Assembly (NCBI GenBank): GCA_902557935.1
Contig: CACECJ010000004.1
Coordinates: 1,168 to 65,167, forward strand
DNA from: an uncultured Pelagibacteraceae bacterium
GTDB lineage: Bacteria; Pseudomonadota; Alphaproteobacteria; Pelagibacterales; Pelagibacteraceae
Direction of reading: 5' to 3'
Length of the DNA stretch: 64,000 bases
Positions 54,410 to 64,000 of this stretch are shown one piece after another; the stretch's first letter is position 1, and the number at the start of each line of letters is the position of its first letter. The notes under the pieces were generated by a model. The model made no database searches, was not told the origin of the DNA, and saw only the letters and a program-made list of their open reading frames with translations. The translations under genes and the position numbers were made by a program.

Positions 54410-55510
54410 TTATTGCAATTTTGCAACAATTGCATCACCCATGTCAGTTGTAGAAACCTCTTTCATGTTTTTTGACATTATATCTTTAGTTCTTAGTCCC
54501 TCATCAAGAACGCTTTGAACTGCTTTATCAATTTGGTCGGCTTCTCTACTAAGGTCTAAAGAATATCTTAAAGCCATTGATAAACTTAAAATTGTAGCTA
54601 TAGGATTTGCTATATTTTTACCTTCAATATCTGGAGCTGATCCGTGAACAGGTTCGTAAAGAGATCTAATCCTTCCGTTTTTATCTTTTGAACCTAACGA
54701 AGCAGATGGTAAAAGTCCAAGCGAACCAGTTAACATTGCAGCCTCGTCAGACAGCATATCACCAAACAAGTTATCAGCCAATATTACATCGAACTGTTTT
54801 GGATACCTTAAAAGTTGCATAGCACAATTATCGGCTAACATGTGATTAAGCTCAACTTTTTTAAATTCTTTATCTTTTATTGCCTGAACTTCCTCTCGCC
54901 ATAACACGCCTGCTTCCATTACATTTGATTTTTCACATGATGTAACTTTATTTCTTCTTTTTTTTGCCAAATCAAAAGCTACACGAGCTATTCTATGAAT
55001 TTCTGATGTTGTATAGGTATGAGTGTTAACACCTTTCCTTTGATTATTTTCTATCGGTTCAATGCCTCTTGGTTCACCAAAATAAATACCACCGGTTAAT
55101 TCTCTTACTATCATTATATCTAACCCTGACACAATTTCAGGTTTAAGGGTTGAAGATTCAACTAATTGTTTGAAGCAAATCGCTGGTCTTAGGTTTGCAA
55201 ATAATTTTAATTCTTTTCTAAGTTTCAAAAGAGCTCTCTCTGGTTTTTTTGAAAATTCTAAGTTATCCCATTTAGGTCCACCACATGCACCTAGTATTAC
55301 TGCGTCTGACTCTAAAGATTTGTAAAAAACCTCATCTGTGATTGGAACTTTATTGGCATCGATAGACGCGCCTCCAATTAACTCTTGACTTAAAACGAAA
55401 TCTAAAGATTTTGTTTTATTCATCCAATCTAGTATTTTTCTTACCTCGGCAATTACCTCTGGACCAATACCATCACCAGGTAAAAGTAAAATTTTCCTAG
55501 TTTTAGACAT
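54410..55510 (-). CDS. leuB: 3-isopropylmalate dehydrogenase
   Basis: [17 protein letters not shown] and EPVHGSAPD. Confidence 0.97.
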   Translation of the reverse strand: MSKTRKILLLPGDGIGPEVIAEVRKILDWMNKTKSLDFVLSQELIGGASIDANKVPITDEVFYKSLESDAVILGACGGPKWDNLEFSKKPERALLKLRKELKLFANLRPAICFKQLVESSTLKPEIVSGLDIMIVRELTGGIYFGEPRGIEPIENNQRKGVNTHTYTTSEIHRIARVAFDLAKKRRNKVTSCEKSNVMEAGVLWREEVQAIKDKEFKKVELNHMLADNCAMQLLRYPKQFDVILADNLFGDMLSDEAAMLTGSLGLLPSASLGSKDKNGRIRSLYEPVHGSAPDIEGKNIANPIATILSLSMALRYSLDLSREADQIDKAVQSVLDEGLRTKDIMSKNMKEVSTTDMGDAIVAKLQ

Positions 55511-56111
55511 TATTTAAAACCCAAGGTTTTGTATTTTGTAATTTTTTTTCATAGTCATCTATTTTAGAAATTTTTTCCATTGATAGGGCTATGTCGTCTA
55601 GTCCTTCCATCAAACATTTTTTTTTAAAAGGATCTAGTTCAAATTTTGCAACTTTATTTCCATATTTTATTTCTTGCTTTTCTAAACTTATTTCAATTTC
55701 TTCTTTCCTCTTACAATACTCAGATAACTCATTAACGATTTTTTCATCAATTTTAATTGGAAGGATTCCGTTTTTAAAACAATTGTTGTAAAAAATATCT
55801 GCAAAGCTCGAGCTTATTACACTTTTTATACCGAAATCAGAAAGAGCCCATGGGGCATGCTCTCTGGATGAACCGCATCCAAAATTTTTACCAGCTAAAA
55901 GGATTTTAGATTTGTTATACGGTTCCTTGTTAAGAATAAAATCTGAGATTTTGTTTCCGTTTTCATCATATCGCATTTCGTAGAACAGACTTTTTCCCAA
56001 ACCCGTTCTTTTAATAGTTTTTAAAAATTGCTTAGGGATAATCATATCTGTATCAATATTTTGTAATGATAAATATGTTGGTATTGATTTTAAATTATTA
56101 AATTTTTCCAT
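55503..56111 (-). CDS. leuD: 3-isopropylmalate dehydratase small subunit
   Basis: NIDTD and [13 protein letters not shown]. Confidence 0.97.
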   Translation of the reverse strand: MEKFNNLKSIPTYLSLQNIDTDMIIPKQFLKTIKRTGLGKSLFYEMRYDENGNKISDFILNKEPYNKSKILLAGKNFGCGSSREHAPWALSDFGIKSVISSSFADIFYNNCFKNGILPIKIDEKIVNELSEYCKRKEEIEISLEKQEIKYGNKVAKFELDPFKKKCLMEGLDDIALSMEKISKIDDYEKKLQNTKPWVLNNV

Positions 56112-56112
56112 T

Positions 56113-57510
56113 TTAAATTTCTCTTACGTCTGTTAACCGCCCTTTGATTGCAGCTGCGATAGCCATGCCTGGACTGACTAGATGTGTTCTTCCACCACGA
56201 CCTTGTCTGCCTTCAAAATTTCTATTTGATGTTGATGCACATCTTTCTTTCGGTTTTAATTGGTCTGGATTCATTCCTAAGCACATAGAACAGCCAGGTT
56301 CTCTCCACTCAAAACCTGCGTTTTTAAAAATTTTATCTAATCCCTCTTTTTCTGCTTGCTCTTTAACTAATCCAGATCCCGGTACAACCATAGCACTAAC
56401 ATTATCAGCAATCCTTTTGCCTTTCAAAAGATCAGCGGCCAATCTTAGATCCTCTATTCTTCCATTAGTACAGCTGCCAATAAAAATCTTGTCAATTTTT
56501 ATATCTGAAATTTTAGTATTTGCTTTTAAACCCATATATTCAAGCGATCTTTTCATGGCCATTTTTCTATCTTCATTTTTTTCATTTTCAGGATCAGGCA
56601 CAATACCAGTTACTGGTGACACGTCTTGAGGCGAAGTCCCCCACGTAACCAATGGTTCTATATTTTTACCATCTATATTAATCTCTTTATCAAATTTGCA
56701 GTCTTTGTCTGAATACAAGGTCCTCCAAAATTCTACAGCTTTATTCCAATTGTCTCCTTTAGGCGACATGGTTTTACCTTTTAAATAACTAAATGTCTTT
56801 TCGTCTGGTGCAATTAAACCCGCTCTAGCACCAGCTTCAATAGTCATATTACAAACAGTCATTCTCTCTTCCATGCTTAAGTTTTTGATAACATCTCCAG
56901 CGAATTCAACTACATATCCAGTTCCACCCGCGGTTCCAATCGTACCAATAATTTTTAATATTACATCTTTTGCGGTAACACCCTTTGGTAAATTACCATT
57001 CACGTTTATTCTTAAATTTTTTGATTTCTTCTGCATTAAAGTTTGCGTAGCAAGAACATGTTCAACTTCAGATGTTCCTATTCCAAAAGCTAACGCTCCG
57101 AAAGCTCCATGTGTTGCTGTATGACTATCACCACAAACTATTACTGTACCTGGCTGAGTGAAACCTTGTTCGGGTCCTATAATATGGACTATACCTTGAC
57201 GCTTATCATTTACATCAAAAAGTTCTACTCCAAAGTCTTTGCAGTTTTTTCTTAATGTTTCAACTTGTATTCTAGAATCCTCATCATTTATACCTTTAGA
57301 CCTATCGGTTGTAGGAACATTATGGTCAGGCACTGCTAGTGTTAACTCTGGTCGTCTAACTTTTCTTTTTTGTAATCTGAGACCTTCAAAAGCTTGAGGG
57401 CTTGTAACTTCATGGACTAAATGTCTATCTACATAAATTAATGATGTACCATCGCTTTGTTCATGAACAAGATGGTTTTCCCATATCTTATCGTATAGAG
57501 TTTTAGACAT
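56113..57510 (-). CDS. leuC: 3-isopropylmalate dehydratase large subunit
   Basis: [19 protein letters not shown] and NRNFEGRQG. Confidence 0.97.
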   Translation of the reverse strand: MSKTLYDKIWENHLVHEQSDGTSLIYVDRHLVHEVTSPQAFEGLRLQKRKVRRPELTLAVPDHNVPTTDRSKGINDEDSRIQVETLRKNCKDFGVELFDVNDKRQGIVHIIGPEQGFTQPGTVIVCGDSHTATHGAFGALAFGIGTSEVEHVLATQTLMQKKSKNLRINVNGNLPKGVTAKDVILKIIGTIGTAGGTGYVVEFAGDVIKNLSMEERMTVCNMTIEAGARAGLIAPDEKTFSYLKGKTMSPKGDNWNKAVEFWRTLYSDKDCKFDKEINIDGKNIEPLVTWGTSPQDVSPVTGIVPDPENEKNEDRKMAMKRSLEYMGLKANTKISDIKIDKIFIGSCTNGRIEDLRLAADLLKGKRIADNVSAMVVPGSGLVKEQAEKEGLDKIFKNAGFEWREPGCSMCLGMNPDQLKPKERCASTSNRNFEGRQGRGGRTHLVSPGMAIAAAIKGRLTDVREI

Positions 57511-57516
57511 TAAATT

Positions 57517-58035
57517 TTATTTTTTTTCGCTAGTTGGCTTCTCAGCTTTAGCTTCGACTTTTTCGACTTTTGTAGCCTCTTGCTTCACTTCTTCATCTTT
57601 AGTCTCTCGCTTAACAGGCTCGGTCGTTTTTACTTTTGTTTCCTCAGGCTTAACTGAAACATCAACACCAATTTTGTTTTTAATTTTTTCAGCAATTCTT
57701 GCGGATTTTCCTTTTCTATCTCTCAAATAATATAGTTTTGCTCTTCTTACTTTTCCTGTTCTGATTACTTTAATTGAATCAACATTAGGACTGTAAAGAG
57801 CAAAAGTTCTCTCTACTCCCTCACCAAAAGAAATTTTTCTTACTGTAAAAGATGAGTTTATGTCTCTATTCTTTTTTGCAATACAAACACCTTCGAAGAA
57901 TTGAATCCTCTCTCTTTTACCTTCTACAATTTTAACACCAACTTTTATTGTATCTCCGGGAGAAAAGTCTGTAATTTTTTTATTAGCAACTATTTTCTTA
58001 ATTGCTGCTTTATTTATGTCTTCAATGTTTTTCAT
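57517..58035 (-). CDS. rplS: 50S ribosomal protein L19 with Lys/Glu-rich C-terminal extension
   Basis: [13 protein letters not shown] and [10 protein letters not shown]. Confidence 0.96.
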   Translation of the reverse strand: MKNIEDINKAAIKKIVANKKITDFSPGDTIKVGVKIVEGKRERIQFFEGVCIAKKNRDINSSFTVRKISFGEGVERTFALYSPNVDSIKVIRTGKVRRAKLYYLRDRKGKSARIAEKIKNKIGVDVSVKPEETKVKTTEPVKRETKDEEVKQEATKVEKVEAKAEKPTSEKK

Positions 58036-58723
58036 TTTTTTTCTCTAAATATTTTTTCCAAAGATCTGGTCTCTGGCGACGTGTTATAGCCTCAGATTGA
58101 GATAAACGCCACCCTTTTATTTTGGCATGATCACCTGAAAATAAGACCTCTGGTGGGCTTTTACCTTCCCATTCTCTTGGTTTAGTATATTGAGGATATT
58201 CTAAAAGATGATTTTCAAAACTTTCTTCTTTAATGGAGTCTTTATTTCCAAGCACTCCTGGTAATAATCGAACTAAAGCATCAATGATCACAAAAGAAGC
58301 TGGCTCTCCCCCTGATAGGACAAAATCACCCAAACTATATTCTTCAATATTTCTTGTCTCTAATAGTCTTTGATCAACACCCTCAAAATGACCACAGATA
58401 AGGTTTACATTTTTTTCTTTACTTAAAGATCTTGCAACGTTTTGATCAAATTTTTTACCTCTTGGAGATAAGTAGATAATTTTTTCACCTTTTTTTATAT
58501 TACTATCAAGCGCGGATGCTAATATATCAGGCCGTAAAAGCATTCCACTTCCCCCGCCAAAAGGAGTATCGTCTACAGTACCGTGATTATCTTTTGAATA
58601 ATCTCTGATATTAATAACTTTTAAATTCCAAATCTTTTTTTCCTTTGCCTTTTTAAATATCCCTATATCTAAAGGTCCAGGAAATAAATCTGGATATAAA
58701 GTAAAAATTTTTACCTCTAACAT
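58022..58723 (-). CDS. trmD: tRNA (guanine37-N1)-methyltransferase
   Basis: [22 protein letters not shown] and LEYPQYTKP; TTG start. Confidence 0.96.
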   Translation of the reverse strand: MLEVKIFTLYPDLFPGPLDIGIFKKAKEKKIWNLKVINIRDYSKDNHGTVDDTPFGGGSGMLLRPDILASALDSNIKKGEKIIYLSPRGKKFDQNVARSLSKEKNVNLICGHFEGVDQRLLETRNIEEYSLGDFVLSGGEPASFVIIDALVRLLPGVLGNKDSIKEESFENHLLEYPQYTKPREWEGKSPPEVLFSGDHAKIKGWRLSQSEAITRRQRPDLWKKYLEKKNEKH

Positions 58724-58740
58724 CTCTAATTACCTTTTGG

Positions 58741-59274
58741 TTAAGCCTTTTTCTCTTCCTTCTTTGGCTCTTCTTTTTTAGCCTCTGCTTTAGGTTGCTC
58801 CTTTTTAGGTTCTTCCTTCTTTGGCTCTTCTTTTTTAGCCTCTGCTTTAGGTTGCTCCTTTTTAGGTTCTTCCTTTTTTGCTTCAGCTTTTTGATCTTGC
58901 TTTTTACCGTCAGCTGCTGGAGCATCTTTTTTAGTCTCTTCTTTTTTATCTCCTTTATCTCCTTCAGCTTTTTTTCTATCTTTTTTAGGTATCGCCTTTA
59001 GAGGATTGTTTCCAGGTTTTGGCATTGGCATTAACTGCACCTCTCCTAGTAATCTAGAAACTCTCATCGTTGGCTGAGCTCCTTTACTCATCCAATATTT
59101 TACTCTTTCTGCCTCTACTTTTATTCTTTCCTTTTTATCTTTCGGAAGTAACGGATTGTAAGAGCCGATTTTTTCAATAAATTTTCCATCTCTCGGGTAT
59201 CTACTGTCAGCAATTACAATTTTATAAATGGGTCTTTTTCTTACACCGCCCATTGATAGTCTTATTCTTAACAT
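58741..59274 (-). CDS. rpsP: 30S ribosomal protein S16 with repetitive Lys/Glu/Pro tail
   Basis: RIRL...DSRYPRDGKFIE..GSYNP...GAQPT. Confidence 0.96.
   Translation of the reverse strand: MLRIRLSMGGVRKRPIYKIVIADSRYPRDGKFIEKIGSYNPLLPKDKKERIKVEAERVKYWMSKGAQPTMRVSRLLGEVQLMPMPKPGNNPLKAIPKKDRKKAEGDKGDKKEETKKDAPAADGKKQDQKAEAKKEEPKKEQPKAEAKKEEPKKEEPKKEQPKAEAKKEEPKKEEKKA
58754..58875. repeat. Perfect 57-bp tandem repeat (2 copies plus 8 bp) in the rpsP tail
   Basis: 58754-58810 is identical to 58811-58867 (TCTTCCTTCTTTGGCTCTTCTTTTTTAGCCTCTGCTTTAGGTTGCTCCTTTTTAGGT). Confidence 0.92.
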
Positions 59275-59284
59275 TTTATACCTT

Positions 59285-60637
59285 TCATTTTAGTTGATTG
59301 AGCATTTCATCTGGGATCATCCCGGATGGAATTTTTTTTCCTTGAGACATTTTTTTCATCATGTCTGACATCATTTTAAATTGTTTTAGTAGTTTGTTAA
59401 TTTTTGAAACATCTACACCTGCTCCTTTAGAAATTCTTTTACGCCTTGATCCACTAATAATTTTTGGATTTTCCCTTTCATTTTTTGTCATTGATAAAAT
59501 AATTGCTTCATTCTCCAATAGCATTTTTTCATCTATATTTGCTTGATCCATTTTTGCTTTCATTTTATTCACTCCTGGTAACATAGACATAACCCCTTCC
59601 ATTCCACCCATTTTTTTCATTTGCCTTAGCTGGGAAAGATATGAGTCCATTGTAAATATTCCTTTTTTTAATTCATCTTCTGTCTCTTTAATTTTTTCCT
59701 CACTTAAATCTTGTTGAGCCTTTTCTACTAAAGTTACTACGTCGCCCATTCCCAAGATTCTGTTAGCTAATCGGTCAGGATGGAAAAGTTCAAGATCAGA
59801 AATTTTTTCTCCTACTCCAATATATTTGACCGGTTTACCTGTTACATATTTCATGCTTAAGGCTGCGCCTCCTCGAGCATCTCCATCAGCTCTTGTAAGA
59901 ATGATTCCAGAGAGATTTACAGCAGTATCAAATTCTTTTGCAACATTTACAGCTATTTGTCCTGTCAACGAGTCAGCTACTAAAATTGTTTCAGCTGGTT
60001 TTATTATATCTTTTATTTGCTTAATCTCAGACATCATTGGTAAATCTATCTGAGTTCTTCCTGCAGTATCAAATATAATTACATCTGAACCATTAAGGTT
60101 GGCTGCATTTAATGCTCTCTTGGTAATGTCGATTGGTTGTTGTTTTTCCTCTACAGGTAAACATTGGATGCCATTTGCTTCAGCAAGTAATTTAAGTTGT
60201 TCTTGAGCAGCAGGTCTGTAAACGTCTAAACTAACTAACATTACTTTTTTTTTATAATTCTTCTCTATATTTTTTGCTAATTTTGCTGCAGAAGTTGTTT
60301 TACCTGAACCTTGTAGTCCAACTAATAAAAGAGAAACTGGTGGAACAGCTTTGAAGTTAAGTTCTTCGTTTTTAGAACCTAAAATATTTACTAGTTCATC
60401 GTAAACAATTTTAACTATCATCTGCCCAGCAGATGTCGATTTTATAATTTCTTTACCAATAGCTTTTGGTTTTACATTAGCTATAAATTCTTTAGTAACT
60501 GGAAGAGCCACATCAGCCTCTAATAAAGCAAATCTTATCTCTTTTAAGCCAGAGTCAACTTGCTCCTCAGTCAATGAGGGAGCGCTTTTTAGCTTAGAAA
60601 AAATATTTTCTAATTTATTTGTTAAATTTTCAAACAT
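59285..60637 (-). CDS. ffh: Signal recognition particle protein
   Basis: ALLEADV, GLQGSGKT, DTAGR and Met-rich M domain; ATG 60637 (MFENL) preferred. Confidence 0.97.
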   Translation of the reverse strand: MFENLTNKLENIFSKLKSAPSLTEEQVDSGLKEIRFALLEADVALPVTKEFIANVKPKAIGKEIIKSTSAGQMIVKIVYDELVNILGSKNEELNFKAVPPVSLLLVGLQGSGKTTSAAKLAKNIEKNYKKKVMLVSLDVYRPAAQEQLKLLAEANGIQCLPVEEKQQPIDITKRALNAANLNGSDVIIFDTAGRTQIDLPMMSEIKQIKDIIKPAETILVADSLTGQIAVNVAKEFDTAVNLSGIILTRADGDARGGAALSMKYVTGKPVKYIGVGEKISDLELFHPDRLANRILGMGDVVTLVEKAQQDLSEEKIKETEDELKKGIFTMDSYLSQLRQMKKMGGMEGVMSMLPGVNKMKAKMDQANIDEKMLLENEAIILSMTKNERENPKIISGSRRKRISKGAGVDVSKINKLLKQFKMMSDMMKKMSQGKKIPSGMIPDEMLNQLK

Positions 60638-60649
60638 TTTTATAACGTC

Positions 60650-60742
60650 CAACACCTATCGCACTAGTGGGCGAACCTTCGCTGACTAGTGTCGACACTC
60701 TTGTTTTAAGAGCACCGCAAAAACAAGTGTATTTGCGGAAAG
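60650..60742 (-). ncRNA. Structured ffh 5' leader (ffh RNA motif described in Pelagibacter and other alphaproteobacteria)
   Basis: GC-rich island with stems CCGCAAA/TTTGCGG, CTCTT/AAGAG, and CACTAGT/ACTAGTG enclosing GCGAA/TTCGC, directly 5' of ffh. Confidence 0.75.
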
Positions 60743-60749
60743 TTTGTGG

Positions 60750-60778
60750 AAACTACAATTTGGGGTTTTAAAAGTCAA
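60750..60778 (-). promoter_or_regulatory. Putative sigma70 promoter of the ffh leader
   Basis: Minus strand TTGACT(60778-60773)-17 nt-TAGTTT(60755-60750). Confidence 0.55.
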
Positions 60779-60800
60779 TGAATAATTATACTAATCAATT

Positions 60801-61619
60801 ATGGCAACGATTAACGCATATAAAATGGATGGATTGGGTAATGACTTCATTATTATCGACAGAAGATCGAGTCCTATCAATTTAACCAAAGATAAAATTA
60901 TTGAGTTGGGGAAAAGAAGTAATATTGGTTTTGATCAAATAATTTTTATTGAAAAAGAAAAAGAGAATTCTTTTCCGATAACAATTTTTAATTCTGACGG
61001 TGGTGAAGTAAGTGCATGCGGCAATGGTTCGAGATGTGTTGCCTATCTTTTGAGTAAAAATTTAAATGCTAACCAAATTAAATTAAAAACAAGTAATCGG
61101 GTTCTTAATGCCAAAATTGTTGATAATTTAATGGTAGAACTTGATATGGGAAAACCTTTATTTAATTTTGAAGATATTCCATTATCAAAAATAGAAAATC
61201 CTGCTGATGTCTCATTAGATATTAAAGGCAAAAAATTTACTGGTGGATTTTGTCTAAATGTAGGAAACCCCCATATAGTTTTTTTTGTAGATGATTGTTT
61301 TAAATATGATTTGAAATTAATAGGACCTTTGATTGAAAATCATAAATTATTTCCTGAAAAAACTAATGTAACATTTGCTCAAATTTTAGATAAGAAAAAT
61401 ATTTTAGTAAATGTTTGGGAAAGAGGCGCTGGGCTTACTAAAGCATGTGGAACAGCAGCTTGCGCGACCGCTGTTGCTGGAAACAAAAATAAATTAGTTG
61501 AAAATAAAGTAGCTATTAAATTTAAAGAAGGAAACTTAAATATAGTTTTAGATGAAAAAAATAATATATTTATGACTGGGCCAGTGTCAGAAATTAAGAA
61601 TATAAAAGTAGAAATATAA
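60801..61619 (+). CDS. dapF: Diaminopimelate epimerase
   Basis: GLGNDF, CGNGSRC, GNPH and ERGAGLTKACGT. Confidence 0.96.
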   Translation: MATINAYKMDGLGNDFIIIDRRSSPINLTKDKIIELGKRSNIGFDQIIFIEKEKENSFPITIFNSDGGEVSACGNGSRCVAYLLSKNLNANQIKLKTSNRVLNAKIVDNLMVELDMGKPLFNFEDIPLSKIENPADVSLDIKGKKFTGGFCLNVGNPHIVFFVDDCFKYDLKLIGPLIENHKLFPEKTNVTFAQILDKKNILVNVWERGAGLTKACGTAACATAVAGNKNKLVENKVAIKFKEGNLNIVLDEKNNIFMTGPVSEIKNIKVEI

Positions 61620-61620
61620 A

Positions 61621-62535
61621 ATGGGAATTTTTGATAAGTTTAAATCTGGACTTGGAAAAAGTTCATCTAATCTTAAAGATGGCTTTCAAAATATTTTTTC
61701 TAAAAAAAGGATTGACGCAACTATTCTTGAAGAATTTGAGGAGTTAATCATTTCATCTGATGCTGGTGTTGATGTAGCTAAAGAACTTAGGAAAGATTTT
61801 GAGAGTTTAAAAGTTGATAAAAAATTAAACGATCACAAAGAAATTTTGAAACTCTTAGCTGATAAGTTGGCAATAAATCTCCAAAAGTACGAAAAAGATT
61901 TAAGCTTAATGGGAAATGCAAAATCTGCTGTGATTGTTGTTTCTGGTGTGAACGGTGTTGGAAAAACAACTAGTATCGGAAAACTTGGAAAATATTTTAA
62001 AGACAATAATAGATCCGTTGTATTTGGAGCTGCAGATACCTTTAGAGCAGCAGCCATAGATCAACTACAAGTATGGGCTGCAAAAGTAAAAGTAGATATA
62101 ATTAAGTCAGAAATTAATAGCGACCCGGCTTCAGTTGCTTTTAAAACTGCTGAATTTGCAAAAAAAAATGAAATTGATGTTGCTTTGATTGATACAGCAG
62201 GAAGACTACAAAATAAAAAAAATTTAATGGAAGAATACAAAAAGATTATCAATGTCTTGAAAAAAATTGATGAGTCTTTTCCAAACGAAGTAATTCTAGT
62301 TCTTGATGCAACTACTGGCCAAAATGCATTAAATCAAGTCGAAGAGTTTAGTAAAATACACGATCTAACGGGGCTTATAATTACTAAACTTGATAGCACT
62401 GCAAAAGGCGGCGTGGTGCTTGCTATTTGTAAGAAATATAATTTACCTATTGTTGCAATCGGAATGGGAGAAAAAGAAGATGACTTACAACCGTTCAATG
62501 CTGAATATTTTTCAAAAGCTCTTTTAGGTATTTAA
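61621..62535 (+). CDS. ftsY: SRP receptor FtsY (NG domain only)
   Basis: GVNGVGKTT, DTFRAAA, DTAGR and TKLD. Confidence 0.96.
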   Translation: MGIFDKFKSGLGKSSSNLKDGFQNIFSKKRIDATILEEFEELIISSDAGVDVAKELRKDFESLKVDKKLNDHKEILKLLADKLAINLQKYEKDLSLMGNAKSAVIVVSGVNGVGKTTSIGKLGKYFKDNNRSVVFGAADTFRAAAIDQLQVWAAKVKVDIIKSEINSDPASVAFKTAEFAKKNEIDVALIDTAGRLQNKKNLMEEYKKIINVLKKIDESFPNEVILVLDATTGQNALNQVEEFSKIHDLTGLIITKLDSTAKGGVVLAICKKYNLPIVAIGMGEKEDDLQPFNAEYFSKALLGI

Positions 62536-63327
62536 AACTAAAAAATTTCTCAAAGCATTCACCAGTTGATCATTAAATTCCATCATATGATCGTCATTGT
62601 CAGAAAAGTAACTGAATTTTGGGTTATTCGCCTGCTCAAATAATTCTACACCCATTTTAAAAGGAACAACATCATCTTTCTTTCCATGCATAATCAAAAT
62701 AGGAATATTTAAATTTTTAATCTTTTTTAAAGAGTCGTACCTATCTTTAATCAATAAATCGATAGGTAAATAAGGATAGTAAATTTTTGCTGCATCAGCG
62801 ATTGAAGTAAAAGGTGACTCTAAAACAATGCCAGCAAAAGAATTGTCTTGGCCTAACTCTGTAGCAACACCAGTGCCTAATGACTCCCCATATAAAATTA
62901 TATTTTTATTTTCAATTCCAGTATTATTAAGCCAATCAACTGATTTTCTGGCATCATTATACAAATTTTTCTCTGATGGTTTGCCTAGATTGCCGCTAAA
63001 CCCTCTCCATGAAATAATAAGAATATTTACATCTAATTTATATAGTTCATTAAGCTTATGCACCCTATTTGTTAGATCGCCTGCATTACCATGGAAATAT
63101 AAAATTGTTTTATATTTTTTTAAGTCTTTTTTCAAAAACCATGATTTAAGTTTTATATCTTTATCAACCTCAATGAAAACTTCTTTATATTCAAATTGAA
63201 TTTCATCTCCGGTATAGTTATTTTCGCTTGGATGATAAAGTAATTTTCTTTGATACAAATAAGTAAAAAGTACAATTACAATATAAGCTAATATAATTGA
63301 TGATAAAGCTAAATAAAGATACTTCAT
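62524..63327 (-). CDS. Membrane-anchored alpha/beta hydrolase (BEM46/ABHD13-like)
   Basis: N-terminal TM, FHGNAG, GESLG and HGKKDDVV. Confidence 0.85.
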   Translation of the reverse strand: MKYLYLALSSIILAYIVIVLFTYLYQRKLLYHPSENNYTGDEIQFEYKEVFIEVDKDIKLKSWFLKKDLKKYKTILYFHGNAGDLTNRVHKLNELYKLDVNILIISWRGFSGNLGKPSEKNLYNDARKSVDWLNNTGIENKNIILYGESLGTGVATELGQDNSFAGIVLESPFTSIADAAKIYYPYLPIDLLIKDRYDSLKKIKNLNIPILIMHGKKDDVVPFKMGVELFEQANNPKFSYFSDNDDHMMEFNDQLVNALRNFLVLNT

Positions 63328-64000
63328 ACTTTTTTTCTAGCGAAATAAACTCCAGTAAAAACCAGTAAGCCACCTAAATAATGAAAACTTAGAAGAGGTT
63401 CTTCAAAAATTATTATTCCAAAGATAGATCCATAAACTGCGAATAAATATAAAGTAAACCCAGCAAAGGATGCGCCTACATATTTTTGTAACCGTGTATA
63501 TAAGGAGAAAGCAATAATACTAGGTGAAATAGCAGCAAAAACAATCCAGAACAAAAATGTCTGATTATAATTTGTCTTAGCAAAATAAATATTTTCCAAA
63601 ATAAAAAATGGGAAAAGCGACATAAATCCAAACATTGCGATTAAAGTAAATCGAGCCATTAAACTAAATTTTGATTTCCAATTTAATAAATAAATTGAGT
63701 AAAGAGCCCAACCTAAAGCTGCTCCCAAAACCCATAAGTCACCTATTGTAAAATTTAGGTTTATTAAAAAATCTAAATTACCCTTAGATATAATTGTAAA
63801 AACACCTGCGATACAAATAAACAATCCTAATATTCTAAAAAAATTAATTTTTTCTTTAAAGAATAAAATTGATAAAAAAATTATTATTACTGGTGAAGAT
63901 GTATAGATTATACCAATATTTGCCATTGTTGTTGTCATGCCTGCAAGATTTGGAAAAGCCCCACATATACCGCAACCCATTGAGCCTAAGAAAAAAAGCT
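63324..64000 (-). CDS. DMT/EamA family transporter, 5'-truncated by window edge
   Basis: Polytopic EamA pattern; the frame stays open to the window end. Confidence 0.8.
   Translation of the reverse strand, partial: LFFLGSMGCGICGAFPNLAGMTTTMANIGIIYTSSPVIIIFLSILFFKEKINFFRILGLFICIAGVFTIISKGNLDFLINLNFTIGDLWVLGAALGWALYSIYLLNWKSKFSLMARFTLIAMFGFMSLFPFFILENIYFAKTNYNQTFLFWIVFAAISPSIIAFSLYTRLQKYVGASFAGFTLYLFAVYGSIFGIIIFEEPLLSFHYLGGLLVFTGVYFARKKV

Noticed and set aside
45619-57124. Long antisense ORFs opposite sucD, mdh, mmsA and leuC (124-161 aa), and similar short ones across the window
   Set aside because: Typical antisense shadows of conserved genes; no motifs, SD or independent context
58653-58925. 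90-aa very basic alternative-frame ORF overlapping rpsP and trmD
   Set aside because: Shadow frame of the K/E/P repeat in rpsP; no SD and no independent signal

Overview
AT-rich, very compact core-genome segment of a streamlined marine alphaproteobacterium. Gene content, gene order, the SAM-II leader on metX and the ffh leader RNA point to Candidatus Pelagibacter (SAR11); this is an inference. The window holds about 65 CDS. These include the end of pyruvate dehydrogenase E2, a TAXI-TRAP transporter, a helicase-terB-fdxA-carD cluster, fadD, dedA-dsbB-coq7, argH-lptM-lysA-plsC, hisC-tyrA, metXW-gloB and rplU-rpmA-obgE-proBA-nadD-rsfS-ctpA-rppH. A ~27.5 kb minus-strand run follows (ffh-rpsP-trmD-rplS-leuCDB-asd-sdhCDAB-mmsA-mdh-sucCDAB-lpdA-priA-atpHAGDC), then dapF-ftsY. 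It also contains one tRNA-Leu(CAA). I saw no mobile elements or CRISPR arrays. Four core genes (rpmA, obgE, proA, atpC) each carry one extra base in a homopolymer, most likely sequencing error. The best leads are: (1) an unlisted 23-aa Lys/Arg microprotein gene (10655-10726, minus) with its own promoter, Shine-Dalgarno and correctly oriented terminator, converging on a CarD that has a Lys-rich tail; (2) a SAM-II riboswitch with a visible terminator/antiterminator switch; (3) a minus-strand gene run (small membrane protein, internally duplicated winged-HTH protein, BASS symporter, tRNA, fadD) punctuated by a tRNA, whose first start codon interlocks with the divergent gene's start codon.
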